Shown here in pieces: positions 27,852-34,238 of a DNA stretch of 34,238 nt. The DNA comes from Flavobacteriales bacterium (GTDB taxonomy: Bacteria; Bacteroidota; Bacteroidia; Flavobacteriales_D; CANHHI01): positions 1 through 34,238 of the forward strand of contig CANHHI010000002.1 of NCBI GenBank assembly GCA_947460225.1, written 5' to 3'. The position numbers and the translations under genes were made by a program. Numbering within the stretch: the first letter of the stretch is position 1; every line of letters begins with the position of its first letter. Below the pieces are notes generated by a model that saw only the letters and a list, made by a program, of their open reading frames with translations, did no database searches and was not told the origin of the DNA.

Positions 27852-27915
27852 AAAATCTATCCTCTCTATGGAGGCAATCAAAATGAACGGCAAATATAAT
27901 GAAAATTATCTTATA

Positions 27916-28053
27916 AACCCAAGCGAAAAGCATTTTCTGGTGCATATTTTTCACAAAATCTCATCTTCTAATCCTCACATACTTAGGTATCTTGTGGGTT
28001 TTAGATTTCTCTTTTGCAAAAACTATTTTCCATAAAATACTTTCGCAATGAGC
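27916..28053 (+). repeat. R1 palindromic MITE-like element, copy A
   Basis: Aligns over its full length with 29147-29283 in the same orientation, at roughly 75-80% by eye. The shared core is ttcacaa...atcctcacatacttaggtat...gggttt.agatttc...ttgcaaaaa. Confidence 0.65.
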
Positions 28054-28148
28054 TTCTTAGTTTTTAGTGAATTTTTAAAATAAAAAAAACGAAAGGGACT
28101 GCCAAAAAGCAAATCCCCTCCGTTCATCACAAACTAACAATCATGAAG

Positions 28149-28970
28149 TTAAACTAGCGCAAAAGGGAATGTTTGTTTAACACGCTCCTTGGTCAATGCA
28201 GGTAATGGGTTATAGAGTAAATAAAGTTCCTTTAATAATGAGAGTCCATAAAAAGACTCTGGTAAACTTGTCAAAGCATTGCTTATTAAGTCTAATTTTT
28301 TTAGATGTCTTAAATTGCCAATAGATTTTGGCAAAGTGCTTAAATTGTTGTCGTATAAAGTCAAAATGGTTAAACCTGTCATTTCGCCAATATTTTCAGG
28401 CAAACTCGTCAAAAGATTTCTGCCGAGCCAAAGCACAGACAAATCTCGCATGCTCAAAAGCTCTTCTGGAAATTCTGCTATTGTATTGTCTGCCAAATGT
28501 AACGTTGTCAAATTTTTTAAGTTTGAAAAATGCTCGGGCAATGCGCTTATTTGATTTGAATACGCACTAAGTGTTTCAAGCGAATGTAGCAAGCTGATTT
28601 CCTCAGGCAATTCTACAAGCATGTTTTCTTGCACTAATAATGTATTTAAAGATTTTAAATTGCCAATGCTTTTGGGCAAATGCGTTATAGCAAGTTCATT
28701 AAGGTATAAATACGTTAAAGAGGTGAAGCAGCCCAAAGTTTCTGGCATTATTTCCAGGTCTAAATCAATGATCGACATTTTGATGACCTCGCCCTGTGCG
28801 TTGAAATTTACATAAGCCTGATTAAAAGGATACTCTTGTAGGAGTTCTGCTTGAGGTTTACACGAAAGTTCCGTTTCGTTTTTTGTTGCTACGGATACCA
28901 AATTTTGATTTTTTTTGCAGTTTGTAGCTGTTAAAGACAAAGCTACCAAGAATACATGTTTTTGTTTCAT
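28149..28970 (-). CDS. Leucine-rich repeat (LRR) protein with a signal peptide and possible lipoprotein Cys18
   Basis: MKQKHVFLVALSLTATNC, then about 7.5 tandem 23-aa LRRs of the form LxxLxLxxNxLxxLPxxIGxLxx (for example LTSLPENIGEMTG, LSTLPKSIGNLRH). A hand-counted sample at 28301-28400 is 33% GC. Confidence 0.8.
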   Translation of the reverse strand: MKQKHVFLVALSLTATNCKKNQNLVSVATKNETELSCKPQAELLQEYPFNQAYVNFNAQGEVIKMSIIDLDLEIMPETLGCFTSLTYLYLNELAITHLPKSIGNLKSLNTLLVQENMLVELPEEISLLHSLETLSAYSNQISALPEHFSNLKNLTTLHLADNTIAEFPEELLSMRDLSVLWLGRNLLTSLPENIGEMTGLTILTLYDNNLSTLPKSIGNLRHLKKLDLISNALTSLPESFYGLSLLKELYLLYNPLPALTKERVKQTFPFALV

Positions 28971-29146
28971 AGTCTATTGAATTTGAAGGCAAAATTAACA
29001 CATTAAAATGATATGAGCACAATGTTTTATGTTATTTTTAGGTTAAATTTTTGTTTAATAAATGTATAAAAACAGCCTTTTTTTGCATGTTTTGTAAAAA
29101 ACATCGCTTGATAGTTAATGGTCTTATGATTTTATTAACTATTTAA

Positions 29147-29283
29147 GACCCCTGCGAAACGCCTTCTTGCTGTGCATTTTTTCACAATACTTATCTTCCA
29201 ATCCTCACATACTTAGGTATGCTTTGGGTTTCAGATTTCACCTTGCAAAAAACTGCTTTGCAATAAAGCATTTCGCAGGGGTC
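29147..29283 (+). repeat. R1 palindromic MITE-like element, copy B (best preserved)
   Basis: Perfect 13-bp terminal inverted repeats: gacccctgcgaaa (29147-29159) and tttcgcaggggtc (29271-29283). The arms are imperfectly complementary throughout. The central hairpin catac-ttag-gtatg (29208-29221) sits exactly at the element midpoint. Confidence 0.7.
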
Positions 29284-29338
29284 TTTTTTGTACCATAAAA
29301 CGCTTGATTTTTTTGTGCTGTAATGTATCCATTTTCGC

Positions 29339-29356
29339 TAATTTTGGCTAACTTTG
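29339..29356 (+). promoter_or_regulatory. Two tandem -7 boxes (TAATTTTG, TAACTTTG) upstream of sucA
   Basis: Both match TAnnTTTG, at 29339-29346 and 29349-29356, 23-33 nt upstream of the ATG at 29380. Confidence 0.4.
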
Positions 29357-29379
29357 CCTGAAATTCAAACCAAAAATCA

Positions 29380-32091
29380 ATGAGTCAGTTTGCTTATTTA
29401 AATGCCGGCGATGTCAATAGTTTAGACCAGCTGTATCAACAATATTTACAAGACCCTGCATCAGTTGATGCGAGTTGGGCGTATTTTTTTCAGGGCTTTG
29501 ATTTTCAAAAGTCTGAATATCCGCAAAATAAAAAACAAAGCGGTGCTGGCGTTTCTGCTGGGCAATTGCAGAAAGAATTGGGGGTGCATTTGCTGATAGA
29601 GGCGTATCGCCAAAATGGGCATTTGCTCGCTGACGTGAATCCTATGCAAGAACCACAACTGAAATCTTTTGATTTGGCGCAGTTTGGACTTGCTGAACAG
29701 GATAAAAACACGGCGTTTCAAGTGGGCAATGAACTTGGACTCGGCACGGCAACTTTGCAAGATATTTTAAATAAATTAAAAACTGCTTACACAGGGTATA
29801 TCGGCTTTGAATATACGCATCTAGTGGATAAAAAAGAACGAGATTGGTTTCAAGCAAAAGCGGAAAAAGCAAGCGCAGATTTAGCCAAAGAAAGCAAAAT
29901 AAGCCTTTTGGAAAAATTGACAGAAGCCTTGCAATTTGAACTTTTCCTCAATAAAAAATTTGTTGGGCAAAAGCGTTTTTCGGTGGAAGGCGCAGAAAGT
30001 TATATTGCGGGTTTAGACGCTATTATTGAAAAAGCCTCAGAAATGGGCGTTTTGGAGGTGGTGCTTGGCATGGCGCATAGAGGCAGGTTGAATACTTTGG
30101 TGAACATTATGCAAAAACCTGCCACAAAGTTGTTTACAGAATTTGAGGGCAAAACCTACGATGATATAGAGCAGTTTGATGGCGATGTGAAATATCACTT
30201 TGGGCATAAACACAAACATCAAACAAGATCGGGTAAAAATATCACCCTTACCTTGTCGCCTAATCCTTCGCACTTGGAAACAGTCAATGCGGTGGTGGGC
30301 GGTTTGGCGAGAGCACGCATAGAAAGCCAATATAAACAAGCCGATAAGGTATTGCCTATTTTGGTACACGGCGATGCAGCTTTGGCTGGGCAAGGGATAG
30401 TGTATGAAGTGGTTCAAATGTCTGGTTTGGCGGGTTATGCTATCGGTGGAACGGTTCATATTGCTATCAATAATCAAGTTGGTTTTACCACCAATGCCAG
30501 CGATGCGAGAACGGCGAGGTATTGCACGGACGTTGCCAAAGTGATTGGTGCGCCCGTGTTGCACGTGCATGGAGACGATGTGGAAGCGGTAGCCAAAGCA
30601 TTTGTTTGGGCGGTGGAATATAGACAAACGTTTCAAAAAGATATTTTTATAGATTTGCTATGTTATAGGAAATATGGGCATAACGAGGGCGATGAACCTA
30701 AATTTACCCAGCCTACATTGTATGCAAAAATAGACAAACAGAAAAGCCCGCAAATCATGTATGCAGAGGCTTTGGTGGCTACAAATGTGCTGAGTGCAGA
30801 AGCTGTGCAAAACATGGCAAAAACATACAACGACAAATTGGAAATTGCTTTTGAGCAAGCCAAAGCCACGGAAAAGGTAAAAGTAGAAAATTTTTTACAC
30901 GATTTACACCAAGGCTTTTTGGGCGAAATCAATTTGCAAAAATCTGTAAAAACCCAAGTTGATTTAAGCACTTTGAAAAAATTGGGCGAGAAAATAAGCA
31001 CTTTGCCAAGCGGTAAAAATTATTTCCGCAAGAGCAAAAAAATCATAGAAGATCGTGCAAACATGCTCAAAGATAATGTGCTGGATTGGGGCATGGGCGA
31101 GAGTTTGGCGTATGCAAGCCTTTTGGCAGAAGGACACCCTGTGCGTCTTTCTGGTCAAGATGTGGAGCGTGGCACTTTTTCGCATAGACATGCGGTGATT
31201 ACCACGGAAGATACCGAAGAAAAAGTGGTGGTGCTTAATATGCTTTCAGAAAATCAAGCTAAATTTTCTGCTTACAACTCTTTGCTTTCTGAGTACGGTG
31301 TTTTGGGTTTTGAGTGGGGTTATGCCGCTGCCACGCCAAATGGTTTGACGATTTGGGAAGCCCAATTTGGCGACTTTAACAACGGTGCGCAAATTGTGAT
31401 AGACCAATATTTAGCCAGCGCAGAAGACAAATGGAAAGTGCCCAATGGTTTGGTGCTTTTGTTGCCACATGGCTTTGAAGGGCAGGGCAGTGAACATTCC
31501 AGCGCACGCTTGGAAAGATTTTTACAGCTTTGCGCCGAAGAAAATATGCAGGTATTGAATTGTTCTACCCCTGCGAATTTGTTCCATGCTTTGCGCAGAC
31601 AAGTCAAACGGGATTTCAGAAAGCCTTTGGTGATTTTCTCGCCCAAGCAATTGCTCAGACACCCCAAAGCCGTTTCTAGCTTGGAAGACTTGGCGCAAGG
31701 TGAATTTTTGCCTGTTATTGCCGATGATAACAAATATACCAATGCCAGCAAAGTTGTGCTGTGCGCTGGAAAATTGTATTATGAACTTTTGGCGGAGCGA
31801 GAAAAACAAAACCGACAAGATATAGCCTTGGTGCGCTTGGAGCAATTGTATCCGTTCCCAGCTCAAGAAATGGCAAAAATAGTGGCGGAATATAAACAAG
31901 CCAAAACATGGCTTTGGGCGCAAGAAGAACCCGAAAACATGGGTGCTTGGTTGCATGTGTTTAAAAATATGCGCAAAACCTTGCCCAATTTGGAAGTGGC
32001 ATCAAGACCAGAATCAGCTTCGCCTGCGCCTGGTTCTAGCAAACTAGATGCTTTGTTGCAACAAAAATTGCACAAAACAATATTTGGATAA
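29380..32091 (+). CDS. sucA: 2-oxoglutarate dehydrogenase E1 component
   Basis: 903 aa, with a typical E1o N-terminus (LNAGDVNSLDQLYQQYLQDPASVDASWAYFF), the ThDP-region GDAALAGQGIVYE, and the transketolase-like C-terminal half. Confidence 0.95.
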   Translation: MSQFAYLNAGDVNSLDQLYQQYLQDPASVDASWAYFFQGFDFQKSEYPQNKKQSGAGVSAGQLQKELGVHLLIEAYRQNGHLLADVNPMQEPQLKSFDLAQFGLAEQDKNTAFQVGNELGLGTATLQDILNKLKTAYTGYIGFEYTHLVDKKERDWFQAKAEKASADLAKESKISLLEKLTEALQFELFLNKKFVGQKRFSVEGAESYIAGLDAIIEKASEMGVLEVVLGMAHRGRLNTLVNIMQKPATKLFTEFEGKTYDDIEQFDGDVKYHFGHKHKHQTRSGKNITLTLSPNPSHLETVNAVVGGLARARIESQYKQADKVLPILVHGDAALAGQGIVYEVVQMSGLAGYAIGGTVHIAINNQVGFTTNASDARTARYCTDVAKVIGAPVLHVHGDDVEAVAKAFVWAVEYRQTFQKDIFIDLLCYRKYGHNEGDEPKFTQPTLYAKIDKQKSPQIMYAEALVATNVLSAEAVQNMAKTYNDKLEIAFEQAKATEKVKVENFLHDLHQGFLGEINLQKSVKTQVDLSTLKKLGEKISTLPSGKNYFRKSKKIIEDRANMLKDNVLDWGMGESLAYASLLAEGHPVRLSGQDVERGTFSHRHAVITTEDTEEKVVVLNMLSENQAKFSAYNSLLSEYGVLGFEWGYAAATPNGLTIWEAQFGDFNNGAQIVIDQYLASAEDKWKVPNGLVLLLPHGFEGQGSEHSSARLERFLQLCAEENMQVLNCSTPANLFHALRRQVKRDFRKPLVIFSPKQLLRHPKAVSSLEDLAQGEFLPVIADDNKYTNASKVVLCAGKLYYELLAEREKQNRQDIALVRLEQLYPFPAQEMAKIVAEYKQAKTWLWAQEEPENMGAWLHVFKNMRKTLPNLEVASRPESASPAPGSSKLDALLQQKLHKTIFG

Positions 32092-32096
32092 AGTGT

Positions 32097-32147
32097 AAAA
32101 GGCTTTTTGTTTTGTAGTCCAAGTGCTTATCAAATAAAAAGCCTTTT
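32097..32147 (+). terminator. Possible terminator / long-loop inverted repeat after sucA
   Basis: A perfect 12-bp inverted repeat, aaaaggcttttt (32097-32108) and aaaaagcctttt (32136-32147), followed by a T run. The 27-nt loop is long for an intrinsic terminator. Confidence 0.3.
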
Positions 32148-32150
32148 TCT

Positions 32151-32169
32151 TTGCTTTATGAGGGGAAAC
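32151..32169 (+). repeat. 19-nt direct repeat, left copy (ttgctttatgaggggaaac)
   Basis: 18/19 identical to 33496-33514. It ends 29 nt upstream of the MTase ATG. Confidence 0.7.
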
Positions 32170-32172
32170 TTT

Positions 32173-32180
32173 TACCTTTG
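32173..32180 (+). promoter_or_regulatory. -7 box (TACCTTTG) upstream of the M-R operon
   Basis: Matches TAnnTTTG, 17 nt upstream of the ATG at 32198. Confidence 0.4.
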
Positions 32181-32197
32181 CGTATATAATTTATGAA

Positions 32198-32989
32198 ATG
32201 AATATCAACCAAGTTCATCAAGGTGACGCTTTACAGCTTATAAAAAAGCTACCTGATAATAGCGTGGATTTAATCGTGTGTGATGGTCCTTATGGTGTTA
32301 CTGCTAACGCTTGGGATAAAGTATTGGATATTCAACATTATAATTTGCATTTAATTCAATTGTTTTCTAGAGTTTTGAAGCCAGGAGGTGCTTTGTATTT
32401 GTTTGGAAAAGATAATTGTATAGATTTTATAGATTATAGACCTTACCTAAACTTAAATCGTAAAATTATATGGTATCAACCCAGCAGACTTGCACAGGGT
32501 AGGATAAATTACACCAACAACTATGACTTGATTGCTTATTTTACCAAAGGCAAAGCAAAAACGTATAATTTAGATGCTATCAGAATTCCCCAATTGGTTG
32601 AATTAGAACATCGTTTGCGTTGTGAAAAAGTTCCTTCTGTTTTAAAAGGGCAATATGGAAAGACAAAATTTAATGATGAAGGGAAAAATCCAGGAGATGT
32701 TTGGGGAGATATAAAACAATTAACCTATAATTCAAAAGAACTGATAAGTAGATCATTGTTAAATACGATTCAAAAACCCGAACGACTTATTGAGCGCATT
32801 GTAAAAGCAAGTTCCAACGAAAATGATTTAGTATTAGACCCGTTTTCAGGTGTAGGAACAACATTTGCAGTTTGTCAAAAAATAGATAGACAATTTATTG
32901 GTTTTGAAATTAACCCCGAATTTATTAGCATTACGGAAAATAGAATAAAAAAAATACAACAAGAAAAAGAATATAGCTTATTTTCATGA
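32198..32989 (+). CDS. Beta-class N4-cytosine/N6-adenine DNA methyltransferase (DNA methylase N-4/N-6 family)
   Basis: Motif IV is N-terminal (LIVCDGPYGV, a DGPY variant of D/SPPY). Motif I is C-terminal (LVLDPFSGVGTTFAV). This IV...I order defines the beta class. Confidence 0.88.
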   Translation: MNINQVHQGDALQLIKKLPDNSVDLIVCDGPYGVTANAWDKVLDIQHYNLHLIQLFSRVLKPGGALYLFGKDNCIDFIDYRPYLNLNRKIIWYQPSRLAQGRINYTNNYDLIAYFTKGKAKTYNLDAIRIPQLVELEHRLRCEKVPSVLKGQYGKTKFNDEGKNPGDVWGDIKQLTYNSKELISRSLLNTIQKPERLIERIVKASSNENDLVLDPFSGVGTTFAVCQKIDRQFIGFEINPEFISITENRIKKIQQEKEYSLFS

Positions 32990-33483
32990 AAAAAACACTT
33001 ATCCGAAATATTATAGACCTTATTGTTCAAGCGCAACAAATAGCTTCTAAAATAGGTATTCCAAATATATTACAGCCAGGACTTATTAAAGAAATGATTA
33101 TTGCGGATATTTTAGGACACCAGCTTATTCATTCAAAAAGAGATGCAGATGCCTGCCAAATAGACAATCCAACAATAAAATATGAATATCTTTCTTGTTA
33201 TGTTGGTGGTACAGGTCAATTAGATAGAATGTTTAAAGAGCCTTTGTTAGAGCGAGAACGTTCAATGGACAGGATATGGCGAAATAGCAAAATTTATCTG
33301 GCTGTTTTTTTGAAAGAAACTCCACTAGAAGTCAAAGTTATTTATGAAGTAGAACCATCTGTCTTGGCACAAGAAACACAAAGGCAGTTAGACAAAAGTA
33401 GCAATGCTATTTCTCATGTAGGGTTTTCAGAAAATTGGGCAAAAAATAATGGTAAAGTGGTTTATCAAAAAGTTGAATTTTAA
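32986..33483 (+). CDS. Putative type II restriction endonuclease, PvuII-like by sequence pattern
   Basis: ATGA start/stop overlap with the MTase gene; 165 aa. By-eye alignment to my recollection of R.PvuII: GIPNILQP / GINDIFQD, RDADAC / GNDAVD, KYEYLS / EYELKS, IYLAVF...VIYEVEPSVL / IFAIY...AIYRLEPKDL. Confidence 0.55.
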   Translation: MKKTLIRNIIDLIVQAQQIASKIGIPNILQPGLIKEMIIADILGHQLIHSKRDADACQIDNPTIKYEYLSCYVGGTGQLDRMFKEPLLERERSMDRIWRNSKIYLAVFLKETPLEVKVIYEVEPSVLAQETQRQLDKSSNAISHVGFSENWAKNNGKVVYQKVEF

Positions 33484-33495
33484 ATTCCCTTTGAT

Positions 33496-33514
33496 TTGCT
33501 TTATGGGGGGAAAC
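33496..33514 (+). repeat. 19-nt direct repeat, right copy (ttgctttatggggggaaac)
   Basis: 18/19 identical to 32151-32169. It ends 63 nt upstream of the C5-MTase ATG. Confidence 0.7.
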
Positions 33515-33576
33515 GAATATTTACAATAGCCTTCAAATTCTTTGGAATACAAAAATTATCTTTAAACCTCAAAACA

Positions 33577-34238
33577 ATGAAAAAGAATTTATTATCACTT
33601 TTTTCAGGTTGCGGTGGTATGGATATTGGCTTTGAAGGTGGTTTCAAAATTCCCAAAACAATAATAAATACTGATATACACAAAACATGGATACAAAAGG
33701 AAGATGAACTACATTATTATTTAAAAGAAACTGTTTTTGAAACAAAGTTTGCCAACGATATTAGCGAATATGCCAAAATAGCGTGGAATGATTATTTTTC
33801 TAAAAAACGAGGTTATGATTTAAATGGAACTTTCAGAGTTGGAAGTATAGTGGATATTGTAAAGGCGTATAGAAATGGCAATACCAGCGTATTTCCTCAA
33901 AATGTAGAAATTGTTACTGGTGGTTTTCCTTGCCAAGATTTTAGTGTTGCAGGAAAACGAAATGGTTTTAATTCACACAAAGACCATAATGGCAAACACA
34001 TAAATTCCGAAATTCCAACAGAAGAAACAAGAGGAAAACTTTATATGTGGATGAAAGAAGTGATTGAAATTACTTTACCGAAAATTTTTATTGCTGAAAA
34101 TGTAAAAGGCTTAGCTAATTTAGGCGAAGTCAAGGAAATTATTCAATCAGATTTTTCAAATGTTAATGGAGATGGTTATTTGGTTTTGTCGCCAAAAATT
34201 TTGCACGCTGGACATTATGGCGTTCCTCAATCCAGAGA
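33577..34238 (+). CDS. dcm: DNA (cytosine-5)-methyltransferase, 3' end cut by the window edge
   Basis: Read by hand; it is absent from the ORF track because no stop is reached. Motif I LFSGCGGMDIGF, motif IV GGFPCQDFSVAGKR, motif VI AENVKGL, motif VIII GVPQSR. Motif I to motif II and motif IV to motif VI are separated by unusually long inserts. Confidence 0.92.
   Translation, partial: MKKNLLSLFSGCGGMDIGFEGGFKIPKTIINTDIHKTWIQKEDELHYYLKETVFETKFANDISEYAKIAWNDYFSKKRGYDLNGTFRVGSIVDIVKAYRNGNTSVFPQNVEIVTGGFPCQDFSVAGKRNGFNSHKDHNGKHINSEIPTEETRGKLYMWMKEVIEITLPKIFIAENVKGLANLGEVKEIIQSDFSNVNGDGYLVLSPKILHAGHYGVPQSR

Noticed and set aside
33501-33683. A 60-aa minus-strand ORF in the spacer and 5' end of the C5 MTase gene.
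   Set aside because: It overlaps the clearly real C5-MTase N-terminus (motif I FSGCGG) on the opposite strand, and its hydrophobic, low-complexity translation has no features.
1-34238. A search by eye for tRNA, rRNA, tmRNA, transposase, integrase or recombinase genes in the intergenic gaps and unassigned ORFs.
   Set aside because: No cloverleaf-compatible segment appeared in any gap (16096-16217, 18167-18243, 19321-19396, 21080-21138, 28971-29146, 32092-32197, 33484-33576). No ORF carried DDE, tyrosine- or serine-recombinase motifs.

Overview
This looks like a Bacteroidota chromosomal segment. The evidence is TAnnTTTG-type -7 promoter boxes, uppS-bamA synteny, and signal peptides ending in AQ. 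The housekeeping backbone is about 42% GC in hand-counted 100-nt samples. It carries cvpA, rsmI, comF, an HhH-barrel outer-membrane (OM) protein, bamA, uppS, an EamA transporter, mgtE, a GT2 glycosyltransferase, a NUDIX hydrolase, prfA, acs, panB, deoD, typA and sucA. At least five accessory segments interrupt it, and the four I sampled are about 29-33% GC (the first was judged by eye only). (i) 1-2871: a 5'-truncated GLUG-motif adhesin. (ii) 7495-10058: a self-contained two-gene cassette with an AlbA_2/Schlafen-like + HATPase_c_4 protein translationally coupled to an orphan ParA/MinD-type ATPase. It has its own terminator and an apparent insertion scar, and it is my best candidate for an undescribed conflict/defence system. 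(iii) 19397-21079: an orphan polytopic membrane protein preceded by a 27-codon ORF. (iv) 27916-29283: a leucine-rich-repeat (LRR) lipoprotein gene bracketed by two direct copies of a ~137-bp palindromic MITE-like element. (v) 32151-34238: a restriction-modification (R-M) cluster with beta-class N4/N6 MTase, small PvuII-like ORF and C5 MTase. The first two genes are bracketed by a 19-nt direct repeat. Two intergenic palindromic repeat families, called R1 and R2 here, recur across the window. I recognised no rRNA, tRNA, CRISPR array, transposase or integrase. All domain calls come from motif recognition by eye, and no searches were run.
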